Part shown: positions 51,101 through 62,523 of the stretch, piece by piece
Numbering within the stretch: position 1 is the stretch's first letter
Layout of the letters: every line of letters begins with the position of its first letter
NCBI GenBank assembly: GCA_964234715.1
Contig: OZ174276.1
Source: Podarcis melisellensis
Taxonomy: Eukaryota
Reading direction: 5' to 3' (one strand)
Length of the DNA stretch: 64,000 nt
Translations under genes and position numbers: made by a program
Notes under the pieces: generated by a model
The model's input: only the letters and a program-made list of their open reading frames with translations
Told to the model about the DNA's origin: nothing
Database searches by the model: none

Positions 51101-54100
51101 GTCTTCCTCAGGGTCTGAATCTTCCCCTTCCAGGTCTCCTAGCCTTCCCTTGGCATTAGACACTTCTTGAGACCCCAATTCCACCCTACTGGGATCATTC
51201 ACAGACTCCTTTAGCTCCAAATCCTCAGGCTCCCCCCACTCTTCCTCCTGGACATACCATCCCCTCCATGAAATTTCCATAGGCAAAGGCACCCCTTGCA
51301 AGAAACTCTGTTGTGCATCCAAACTCAGTGCTAAGTAGGACTGAACCACTCATACATTGGATTATATGTGGGGAGCTCAGTCCAGCTTGGTCTGGATGTG
51401 TGAGAGAACTCCTCCCTGAGGAAACTCTCTAGTGCACCCAGTGCTTTTTTCACTTTTTCACAACATTTGAAAAAGAAAGATGCCAATCCTCTGTACCCTT
51501 GAGTACCTACAGAAGAAAAGCACTGAGTGCATCCAAGGTTTTTCAGTCTGGCTGCTCTTTGAAGTGCCAAAATCAGGGCTTCAAAGCACCTCACAAAGAA
51601 CAAGGAACTGTTAAAGGAAGGCTTTCCCCCTGACTTCAGGACTTCAAAGCACCAAAACACTTGATGTCATTTGTTACATTACGCGACTGACAGGTGGGCA
51701 GCCCCATCCACCTTTTAAGGCAGATGCTGATGCAGCTCTGGTCTGTGGACTATGCTAAAATCGTGGAGCTCTGTACTATGCTAAAATCGTATCTATTTGA
51801 AATACCTACACACACCTCAACACTGTAGGGAGCAGTGAATAGTCTCCCAAGCAGGGGGTCAAATACACCCATAGAAAAGACACTGTGGTTTTTTTAATAC
51901 CCCCCCCCCCCACCAATACAAACCAAACATCTCAGTGTCAAGCAAAAACAGAGTTGTACTATTTGATAAAAACTGCTTGGGGGGCTTTCCCAAGTTTCCC
52001 CCGTGATAAAGACATTTTCCAAGAAGAGGTGAGAACAATATCAATCCATGTAAACTACTGTTTCTTTTGTAAAGCTATGAATGGCCTCTGCTCTCCCATT
52101 TCCATGGAAGATATGCGATATGGCTATGTAATATATTTATGGACACATATTTATATATTTGCCATTTTGTGCCAAAGGTTACTTTCTGTGCTCAAGAGCT
52201 GTGTGGATTTGTTGATGATCTATACTCTGTCAAAAGGATTCCCACTTGTCCTTATGCTTAAGATTTTCCACTGGCACAATATAATGTTTTCCTACCAATT
52301 CACCACTGTCCAATTGAAATGGGTAATGGTAGTGGCGCCTTCATTGTCCTCTGACCAGGCAAAGTCCACTCTTGGAACACAGTGTTCCAGTTCTCCATTG
52401 CAAGCCATAGAGAAGTAAATCTCCATCCTATTATTATTATTATTATTATTAGGAAAGCTATTTATAACAGTGCTCTTTTTCTTCTAAGAGTAGTTATAAA
52501 TAATGAGCAGCTATAAATAATAACTGTTTATCTTTCTCTCTCGCGCCTTCTCCTTTCATGTCCTGCATATATTTTGAGTTATTTAAACTATGTTCTAGCA
52601 GAGCAGAGGCAGACCGGATGGGGTGAGGAAAGATCCCCACCCCTGGACGTGCTAAAGTCACTGAAGATCGTGAAGTAGAGAGAACTTAAGAGGATTTGTA
52701 CTTCTATGATTCCTAAGTCTCTACAGTGAAGATTAAAATGGACCCTTAGTAAATACAGGGATTGTACTAATATCAAACAATATGAAAAAATTAAATGCCT
52801 TGCTAGGTTGCAACCAGAATTCCTTAAATCCGACAACCCAGCTTTATGATTTCTGGAGACACAGGGGATGAAAATAGAGATCTCTTGAGCATTCTGTTTG
52901 TTTGTTTACAGGACAACCCTGCACAAAAAAATACTAGGGGAGGTCATTTTTGCTCACCCCCCCCATACAGCCCTTGTGAACTCTGAAAATCCACTCTAGA
53001 GGGTAGGGGGACATTCTGGAATAGCATGGAATGGGTCCCAGGTGTGTGTATATAGGGATATTTATTTATTTATTTTAAAAAATCGCCTCCCCACCTTCTG
53101 TCAGCCAAAGACTTCACTGAATCTAAGGTCCTTCTCTCAAGTCCTTCCATTTAAGAAGAGCAACTCCGGGCATATAGACAAATGTTATAAAGAGCAGCTC
53201 TGGGCATATAGATGTTGCTCCTCCATTCATGTATGATAAGGGACTTCTACTGTCTCCCTATTCCATTGGCAACATTTCCCACACCATTTTCAATCACCAG
53301 GAGCAGGTTTTGATGGGTACAGGCTGCAGAAGATGTAAAAGTCCCATTCCATGAGGGTGAATTCTGTTCCTTTCACAGAAGGAAAAATAGGATTCAAGCT
53401 ACACAACTGTATGGCTGGGAAACTGGATCAGACCCATCAACTGACCCTTCTGGAATTAGTTGCCAGCTGAAATTAGGCACCTGCTTGATGTCTGAGTGGC
53501 TATCACTGCCTTCTTATTTAAGAAGACTTTCCTTGAAGTGTGACCCAGTCATTTACTGGAATGTTTACTGGAATACTGACTGAACAAATTTTAAAAATGG
53601 CTTCATTGTTTTTAAGACTCAGTATCTTTGGTATTTTATCCCATATTACCTTATTGTACATCACTTCAATAGCTTCTTACTGTTCATGAATTCATAAAAA
53701 CAACAACTGCAGCCACTGAATATTTCAAACCATCTTATTATTGAGAAAGACACACTAACTCACTTGACTTATTTTGAACCACCTATGACAGATACAGTAT
53801 AAGCATGAAGTGCCACAGTGATACAAGCTTGTGGACAAGTGTTGGGCAGAGGTGCATGTCAGAAAGCATGAGAAGGAGGGCAGGTAACTCTGCAGGCATA
53901 CAGCATCTTATCTGTGTGAACCACAACATCAAGAGCAGATATCATATACTATTTTACATTAATTTCACAAAAATGAATGCATGTGTTTCTAAAACTGAGC
54001 ATTTCTACAGTGCTAACATAGCCACAAATTGCTGAATTTGGCCCAGAACCCCATACACAATGCCAATTGAAAAACTTGTTAGCTGTTGATCCTTTTGCTG

Positions 54101-57100
54101 AATATAAATGCCGTGTGTTCATGTTTGGATAAACCATTTGCAAAGCTTTAGATAAATGAGCTTATGAAAGTGAGAATAAGATACTGCTGGTAGTCTGTAG
54201 GAATATATAGTAGTCAAGACAGAACAGGCCAAGGAACCCATCCATGCTAGTATTCTCCTTCCAAATTTTCAAGACCAAGTGTGCTTAAGTGAAAGCAAGT
54301 TATTTACTAAGGGACTAACAGAAGCAGGTGTCTCACTAATGAAGACAGAAACCAATGAAAGAAGAAGTGAATTTACAAGTTACCTTTCCCGAATAAATTC
54401 CGCCATCTCTTTTTGCATTTGCTTTCCTTTCAGTTGTTTCTGAAGAAGAATTTCAAATCCCGAGACGGTGCTGTTTCCTTGAGGATCCTTCTTATCAGTC
54501 TAAAGGAAACGTGCAGTTAGAATATATGCCACACTAGAGGCGTCAGAAGATGTGCCAAAGCACTTAGCAGCTCCGGCACGCAGCAGATATCGGAAAGTGG
54601 GCTAAGAATTACCTCAAACGCCCCCAAGTCACAAGCTGGCAATTCTATTCAGGATATTTTTGCCTAATGCAACAAATACAACAGCTGCTAGCGGATCTTC
54701 AAAGACAACTTCAATAGAGCTAGCAGAATTTCCAGCAAATACCAGATCATTGCCACTAGGGGCTGCTCTGGCATATATGAAACAGGTAGTTAAACAGCAG
54801 CAGATTCTGTGTTAATAGGAATTGACAGTATTAATATAAGGGAGAAAACAACCCCGTGCTTGTGGCAGGGACAAATGACCAAGGTCAGAACTAGACGCAT
54901 ATTTTTTTGCAAACTGGCATATAGGCTTCTCTTCCCCAGACTCTTACTCAGAATACCTCCTGGCCTACCACACAAGCCTTGCTCCCTGGACAGTTCCTAC
55001 CTCTTTTCTATCCACTCTCTCCCTCCCCCGCTTATTTCTTGTTTCCCTACTGCTTCTTTATCCCTACAAGGCAATATTGCACAGTGGGTGCTGCAAGATT
55101 TGCATTTCTGGCAACCTCTAGTTGTGCAAGAGAATTCTGATGCTGTACATCTAACGTTTTGCATGCACTTGGAAATACCACATGAAATGTAAAAGAGAAA
55201 ACAAAATGGTTCCTCGGATGCATGGAACTCAATTGAACTCCACTCTGCCCTCATTCTCTGTGAAGACAACCACATTATTTTTTTTATCAAGGAACTCTAA
55301 ATCATCTAATTTTATTGTTTACAAAAAAAAATCTGCCTCTCAACCACAAATATTCTGGGTGTAGGAAAACTACATCCTACCCTTATATATTTGCAAACTC
55401 CCCTTCCCCTTTCAACCATCTGTGTCTGAATGAAGCAAATCATGTCATAGCTGAATTATGCTAAGAACTTATTACAGAACAGGGCTCCAGTCCAATTGGG
55501 CTGTGGGTTCTTGGGTGATGATTACTCGTGAGTTTTGTCCAGCATAAGTAGTTTGGCCATCATGTTCCTTATACTATTCTCCTCTAAAGTTATCATTGCA
55601 TTTGAAGTTGCAGGGAATTCTCTTATTTCTGTAAAACTTATCTACTCCATTTTTTTTACAAAAGTTAAAGGATGTGTATGTGTATGTAATCCAAAACTAA
55701 AGTCCATACTCAGATAATTTATTACTACCTTATTACTATCCAGCTCTCCAGGCGAACCAATCAACAATCAGCTTATTAAGAGAGCTCATCCCAGCATCCT
55801 GGGGACACCAGACCCCTTTCTGGAAAGGTCTAAGATAAGAAAGGGGAATAATGGCTACACCAGGCATAGGCAAACTCAGACCTCCAGAAGTTTTGAGACT
55901 ACAATTCCCATCATCCCTGACCACTGGTCCTATTTGCTAGGGATGATGGGAGTTGTAGTCCCAAAACATCTGGAGGGCCAAGTTTGCCTATGCCTGGGCT
56001 ACACTTTAACATGATGCATTTGCAGAGGACCAGATGGGATGACAGCAAATCAGGAAGATGATGCTTGAGCACATACATGCTGCCCAGATTTGTATGATGC
56101 TGGCTTCCAGGGTTACAAGCCCCAGAATATGACTCAACATAGGAGCCCATTGTAGTCACCCGGTCTTGCGTAATATGGCTGCAATGCAATTAGGTTGTGG
56201 AGGTGGGGAAACAACTTCTCCAACGTCCTATGCACCTCCTTCCAAGCTTGGATTTTAACATGTTTGCTAACAGAGATTTTAGCAATATGCTACGTACTGT
56301 ATGAATCCCGGTTGCTGCAGTAAAGAGCATATGGGTGGCTGCTCACTTACCCAGAAATAATCGCAGTAGCTCCATTCAGAAGGTTTCAGCAACTGCTGCT
56401 CTGGCATTGCGTCAGGGTGGGGGAACGTCACACAGTTTATCTGACAAAAAGGAAAGAGGAATACATTGGACGTGCAAAGCAGTTCAGGAACATGGATGCA
56501 TGTAAACAAAAGCTGCATAAATGCAACGCAGCTGGCTTAGGTTCTTGCTGAATGTAATGCTCGCTTTAACCAGGAGATGTCATAGAACGCAGATGTAAGA
56601 GATTTTGTGTAGCTGAAAGTCGCTGCAATATCTAGGAAGCAGACTCTAAACAAAACAGGATCTCTGATCATCAAACCCTGCATGCTTCCTTCTTTTATTT
56701 AAAAGAAGAGGGAGGATAAAACTAAGAATGTGAAGTACTTATTGTTAGACTAAAAGCGCAATCCTAGCTATGTCTACCTGGACTTACTTCTAAGCCCAAG
56801 TCCAAGCATGCATTGAATCCAATGGGGTTTATGGTCAGGGAAGTGGGGCTAGGATTGCAGTTTAAATCTTACTACCCTCAAAATTGTTTGGATGTTCCTT
56901 CTTAAACGGGAACCTTCATGTTTGCCTTGCAATTTCACTTTAGTGATGAAATTCAAAAGGCAACCACTTCACTAAAAATGTTTGCCTCTGTGGAAATTCC
57001 TCAAATGTTTCACCCAAACAGGAACCTCCATGTTTGCCTTATCATTTCATTTTTGGGTGAAATCTAGTAGCAGCTCTAGGTAAAACCATTTCTACCTTGG

Positions 57101-60100
57101 ACCGGATGTCATTAAATGAGTTAAAGCTGCCTAAGGGATCTTACAAATGGAAAACCAAATTTTACACAACAGCCTCTGCCAGAAGTACACAGAAAGTCCC
57201 AGTGAAGCTAATGGACACAATGGAGAGAAAACCAGATTAATAATAAAATCATTAGACTAATATTCAGATGTTGCACTCCAATGCATATTTTTTAAAAAGC
57301 GCAACTGAAAATTATTCCTCTCTGGATCCATAATTCACTAATTTAATTCATGAAGCCTGACAGAAAGCATTTATTTAAATTTATAATCCACCCAACTGCT
57401 TCATCTTGGGACAAGAAACAGATACTATAATGCATGCCAAAATGCAAAGTTCTCAACGGTTTAGAGAGATTAGTGGGCTTGAGCTTTGATGAAGCTTCCT
57501 AGTTAGAGAGCGACCAAAAAGACCTCCTTAAATGCCCTTACAGTGTACTTGACAAACAGAAAGCACTATCAAGAAGCTGTAGGGGACATTTAAAATATAA
57601 TCTGCATGCGCTCACAAAAATTGGGAGGGAAAGGATGATCAAGTTATTGCGTACAATTATTTTAAGCTATGAATCTCTCGGCCCTGTAAGGGGACTTGGG
57701 ACATGTGTGTGTGATTCTCCTATTAACACCAGGACAAAATCAAGGATGTACAGGTGCCTATCTCCTTATTGCTATGGTGGCACTAAACCCAGTCCTGTTG
57801 TGGGGTACCTTGATAACCTCACTCATTGAAGAAGAAAAAAGAGGGGAAGCCTTGTTCAAATGTCACCGTTTTCCTGCCAGGGGAGAGGAAGAGCCTGCTT
57901 CTCTCTTTTTGAAACAAAGATGCTTGCTCTAGTGTTGGAGATGGATGGGGAAAGAACACACAGTTCAAAGAAAAATGTGTTTTTAACTAAATGTTCCCAG
58001 AAATGTAGAGGAGAGGTTAGACTTGTCTCCTTTCTATAGAACCACACAACAGCTTGGGTGGATGAGCAAACCTACTTCCATATATAGAAGAAAAACATTT
58101 TTTAAAATAAATAAATAAATAAACTTTTTAAATACACCCATGCAAGAAATATGAATACAAGCAGAAGGCAGGGGGCTGCACATGCCATCCCAGTCCCAAT
58201 AATCACCCCATGCACTGGCCATATCTTCACCGTTTCCAATTGTCCCATGCAGAGTGAAGAAGGTATAAAGGGGGCTATTTGCATGGGTTCACCTGAACTG
58301 TGCCACATGTTGAAGTGAACACAGATGGAAGCCTTATTCATGCCATTCCCAACCAAAATAGTACGACCAAGGACATGGTATGGCAGGGGGACACTGTGAG
58401 TGGGGACGCTGTGCACAGCCCCATGTCACCTACTTGTGTTAATAGGCTCAATTGCCCAGACAAAGCTATCCAGATTAGGGGCATGTGTGAACTTGCAATA
58501 GGCACTGCCCAACAGACAACTGGGACAGTCAAAGGTACAGCGGTACCTCGGGTTACAAACACCTCGAGTTACAAACACCTTGGGTTACAGACTCCGCTAA
58601 CCCAGAAGTAGTACCTCGGGTTAAGAACTTTACCTCAGGATGAGAACAGAAATTGTGCGCCGGTGGTGCAGCAACAGCGGAAGGCCTCATTAGCTAAAGT
58701 GGTATCTCAGGTTAAGAACGGACCTCCAGAACGAATTAAGTTTATAAGCAGAGGTACCACTGTATATCTTTTCTGTTGTAGCTGTGCTGACAATGCATTT
58801 GGATTTGTTTCACTTTTCCAGGGTATAGCTTGAAACACTACAAAATACCTATAAATTGGCTTGACCTGATAACCAGATAGAACACATGCACAAAGAAGTC
58901 AAGGCGTCCAGCAGTCAGAGGTGATTCTGTAATATGAAGACTGAAAAACCATTGAGCTGGTTCAGACAATCGTATATCGGTTAATAAACCAAGATGTGAA
59001 TGAGCCTTTTCCTCCTTTCTTGCCCCTCCCTCTGGTACAAGCTATAATTAAATGAGGAAGCTTCTAACTAACTAGAGTTTCCTGTTAAGTCTGAACCAGG
59101 AAAACCTTGGAACAAGCCAAGATATTAAACAAACTTCAATTCATAGCTGAATACCCTGGCTTGTTATACTGCTGGTAACCAGAGTTTCCCAGAATGAATA
59201 AAAACCCAAAACTAAGTTTAGAGACTTCCTGGTTTATATTGTGGCTCATTGAAAAGGAACAAAGGTGCTGGGTGTGTGAGCAAGAGGCTTGCTCATAACT
59301 TGGCTTCCTTAGGTAGAGATATGATCATCCAAATGTGGCCAGAAATTGGTCATAACCTGAATAGAAGTGTTCTTGCTGGTAATGCTAACAAGAGAGTGCA
59401 CTGGAGTTGCTCTTATTAAATGGCAACAAGCAGAATTTTTATTTTATTTTTTGGCAGGGAGGAAAATTAACATCCATGAAAACTGGAATGGTAACACAAA
59501 AGAAAGAGTGTTTCATTCAAGTCGTAGGATGGGATCACAGAAGTTATGAGACACTGGAATGCAAAGAACCACATCCAACATATGTAACTCTAAGCCTCTC
59601 ATGAGGTTGTCAATTGCCAGAAAGGTCAACTTGCTTCATTTTCAGCAGAGAGGGTTTTTAAATATATATTTTAGCACTTGTTGGCACCTGAAGAGTGTCA
59701 TTGCATGGTGGATTATCACTTGCCTACAGCATGGTTTGGAGACATTTCCAGATGTTTCGAATTTCTGCTAAAACTTCTTAGCAGAGTATTTCCACTGGAT
59801 GTGACCAAGTTTTAAGAGCACAATTTCTCATTCAAACTGCTGTAGGAGAAAATGCCACACTGGGAGTGTATATGTGAGACAGATCTTTAAGTCCTGTGTG
59901 CTGCAGCAGAGAAAACTGGAAGAAGAACAAGGATCACCATATAAAGGAGCATTTGTGTCACAGGAAGAAGCCAGGTAATTTTTAGACCTCAGACTTAATG
60001 GTCTTACATGCCTATCTTTTTAGATCAGTGTCTCTCAAACTTGAGTCACCAGCTATTGTTGGACTACAGCTCCCATCATCCCACTGGCCCTGCTAGCTAG

Positions 60101-61677
60101 GGATGATGGGAGTTGTAGTCCAACAACAGCTGGGAACCCAATTTTGAGAAAAATTACTTAGTTGTGAAACACAATCAACATTTCTCCTCTCTCACCCACT
60201 ATCCCCAGAAAGTTAGTAACTTCTGTATACTACCCATGAGAAAAATGGCTGTGTTCACACATACAGCTAAACCACAGTTTGGTGCAACAGGAATGAGCCC
60301 CTCAAGCTTATGACTACTCCTATGTGCTGTGAAGGACTTTTGACTGCGGTTTATTGACAAACAACAGTTTGTCAAGTGCTGGGCTTGAGGAAAAGAGTGG
60401 GAGAGAACCTGTGGTGCGGTACGTGCATGTATGTGTTCTTTGCTGCCTCTCCTGGTCAAGCTCAGTGGCATGGTTCTGCCAAAAAATAATTCCACTGTGG
60501 TCGGGACACTGCATGGCAGATGCAACATTTGAATCCATTTGCCACTTGGATGAGATGGGCCATATAGAAAAACACCTGCACCACTGTTGCTGACCCCCCA
60601 GGAGGTACAATATTAATGCAGATACAGACGACCCACTTATGAGGCTGTTTCCAAATATTACCGTAGCCTCAAAGAGCTTCAAAAAATGCAGTAATGATTC
60701 TTGACAAAGCTATTCACAAAGAGCAGTATTTTTTTTATTTTATCCTGCCTTTCCTCCAAGGTGCTGACAATAACCCCATGAGTTCGGTCAGGCTGAGAGT
60801 TGGTGGGTGGCCCAAAACTGTCCAGTGAATTTCATGGCTTAGTGGGGATTTGAACCCTGGTCTCCCAAGTCACAGTACAGCACTTTAACCCAGGGGTGCC
60901 TAACCAGGGCACCACAATGGATTGAATCATCCCTAACTCCAGCTGCAATGTAATTGTGCCTTAGGATTAAGGTAATCACCCCTTTCAGCCTTCAATTTTG
61001 TTACTACACGTATGGCAGCTGAGCAGTAGTGATAAAACACACCGCTTCCGTTTCTTCAACTGCCTCTGACTGAATGGGGTTATCCCCACAGCTAGGTCTT
61101 CTGTACACAGCCAGCTGTTCTACACCCCCTGCACCCCCTTAAAGTTCTGGGTTTTGTTTTGTTTCATGTTGATGCGGTGAAGTACGGAGCAAAAAATGTT
61201 GAAACAGCTCCAGACACCCCTCACAAGATCTGAGGTTGCTGCTTTACGTCCCTTTCAACTCAGAATAAGTGTAAGCCATTAAGATAGTGCATTATTTCTT
61301 CCATAAAGTGCAAAATCTGGGGGGAAAACACACCTGAAGTCCAACACCCATACCAAATGAGCAGTTTTTGCTTGTGTTTTCTCTCTCGTTTTAGAGAACC
61401 CAAACCATGAAAAGGGGGTGAAGGAGGCAGAAACATTCAAACTAAATCTCAAACCTGGGAAAACTGAGTGGCAGCACCAAACATCAATCCTGTCACAAAG
61501 AAAACAGCACTGACACTAATCACCACCTCATATTCTAGTCCCCCTAATGTTCTCTCCACCACCACTCCCGGTGCTCTAATTCACACTGAGATGTGTCATG
61601 TTGTTTCAACAAATTCCTTTCCACTGCTGTAGCTAGCAAAAGAGCGAACCTCACACTTCCACAGGGAAATGTCCCCC

Positions 61678-61713
<36 letters not shown>

Positions 61714-62523
61714 TCATTGCAATCAAATCAAATATTTTGTTAACCATGGAGCCCGGATGGCTGGGCCAGGTTTCTGAGCAATAATGGATAAGTTTCTGGA
61801 CTTAAGGAGTCAAAAGAGGTTTGCCAGGATTCAAAGGCTTGCATCTCATCCTCTCCTACTGAGAAATATCTAGCATGTTCGCGACCTCAGCCAAAGTGCA
61901 TACTACAACAACTTCACAGGGCATCTTTTCAAAAAATAGTCTTCTTCTTTCTTCTATGGATCTTTAGCCCCTTCAGTCATCCATCAAATCTGAAAAGGAA
62001 GCCAGCCTTGGGGGGCAACCCTGACTGTCAACTTTTTATCATTGTGTGTGCTACCCACAGGAACACTCCATTCTTAAGATGACTTCATTGGCTATTAATT
62101 GCTTGATCTACCCAGAAGCAACTTTGAACAAAAGGAAACACTGCTGCAACTATAATTTAAAAATCACAGCAGAAAGAAGTGGCCCCCACCCTCTCCTTTT
62201 GCTTTCTGACATTTCTTTCCTGTCTCTCTTTAACAGGCTCTCTGCTAGCTCCAGCCTTTTAAAAATGGCTTCAATGCAGCTACTGCTGTGGAAAGCAGGC
62301 ACCGTGTTTACATCTGGAAAACATGAGGCAGACCCTTTCACACGGATTCAACACACCAACACATACACAGACGGACTGACGGCTCTCCTGCCCTGCAATG
62401 CTACTTGCTCTGGTGACTAGATCACCATAGCAACTGGACTGGTGATCATCACGGTGGGATTCTACTTACCGTGAACGTGGTCTCCTTGTTCTGCCTTCGA
62501 GTAGGTGAGGGGGACCCAGGACT
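42046..62523 (-). CDS. GAS7: Growth arrest-specific protein 7 (F-BAR), spliced CDS, 5'-partial: complement(join(42046..42159,42549..42647,43164..43243,45021..45144,45678..45806,48100..48178,50519..50593,54384..54499,56351..56440,62470..62523))
   Basis: GT..AG introns with consistent phases, 960 nt. Peptides are near-identical to vertebrate GAS7 (INCVTFPHPDAMPEQQLLKPSEWSYCDYFW; C-terminus KTGNIRPVDMEI*). The SH3/WW exons are not in the window. Confidence 0.97.
42549..42647 (-). CDS. GAS7: GAS7 exon ELERLEVERVEMIRQHLCQYTQLRHETDMFNQS
   Basis: ttcag|GAG ... AGC|gtgagt; 99 nt. Confidence 0.96.
43164..43243 (-). CDS. GAS7: GAS7 exon DDLMRCVDLYNQAQSKWFEEMVTTSL
   Basis: tgcag|GA ... CTG|gtatg; 80 nt. 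Confidence 0.96.
45021..45144 (-). CDS. GAS7: GAS7 exon ARKALSERQKDLEMKTQQLEIKLSNKTEEEIKKARRKSTQA-G
   Basis: tcaag|GCC ... G|gtgagt; 124 nt. Confidence 0.96.
45678..45806 (-). CDS. GAS7: GAS7 exon LQAEVEKPLLNFRENFKKDMKKYDHHIADLRKQLVSRYASVEK
   Basis: ttcag|CTC ... AAG|gtaag; 129 nt. Confidence 0.96.
47225..47660 (+). mobile_element. L1/Tx1-type LINE 3' fragment with (AAT)n tail
   Basis: RMVFAQIWKEDAVPTKEEWLTILMDYAEMAKLT-type ORF2 C-terminal remnant. Confidence 0.7.
47728..47880 (+). mobile_element. Decayed tRNA-derived SINE (Squam3-like)
   Basis: CATGCTTTG..GCAGAAGGTCC..AGTTCAAA head and AAGGCAGCTTCCTAT tail. Confidence 0.55.
48100..48178 (-). CDS. GAS7: GAS7 exon TLGESWSQLKKSLADEAEVHLKFSSK
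   Basis: ttcag|G ... AAG|gtaat; 79 nt. Confidence 0.96.
50519..50593 (-). CDS. GAS7: GAS7 exon IKIEEEYAKNLSKLSQNSLAAQEE-G
   Basis: ccag|G ... GG|gtaag; 75 nt; FCH RxxIEEEYAxxLxKL motif. Confidence 0.96.
54384..54499 (-). CDS. GAS7: GAS7 exon TDKKDPQGNSTVSGFEILLQKQLKGKQMQKEMAEFIRE-R (FCH start)
   Basis: tttag|ACT ... AG|gtaac; 116 nt. Confidence 0.96.
55861..55996. mobile_element. hAT-type palindromic MITE
   Basis: 16-bp perfect TIR CAGGCATAGGCAAACT; perfect 8-bp TSD GGCTACAC. Decayed relatives at ~7670-7785, 13480-13610, 20365-20485, 23270-23360, 44725-44855 and 60026-60150. Confidence 0.9.
56351..56440 (-). CDS. GAS7: GAS7 exon INCVTFPHPDAMPEQQLLKPSEWSYCDYFW
   Basis: gtcag|ATA ... TGG|gtaagt; 90 nt. 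Confidence 0.96.
58538..58762. mobile_element. Tc1/mariner (Tigger-like) MITE, same family, opposite orientation
   Basis: CAGCGGTACCTC...GAGGTACCACTG, TA TSDs. Confidence 0.85.
60730..60891 (-). mobile_element. Decayed MIR/CORE-like tRNA SINE
   Basis: GGGGATTTGAACCCTGGTCTCC B-box (reverse) and GGTCAGGCTGAGAG..TGGCCCAA core. Confidence 0.6.
61682..61709. repeat. (CT)n microsatellite
   Basis: Seen directly. Confidence 0.95.
62470..62523 (-). CDS. GAS7: GAS7 exon SPGSPSPTRRQNKETTFT
   Basis: ctcag|AGT ... ACG|gtaagt on - strand; 54 nt; resembles human NLGSSSPSKKQSKENTIT (recalled). Confidence 0.87.
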
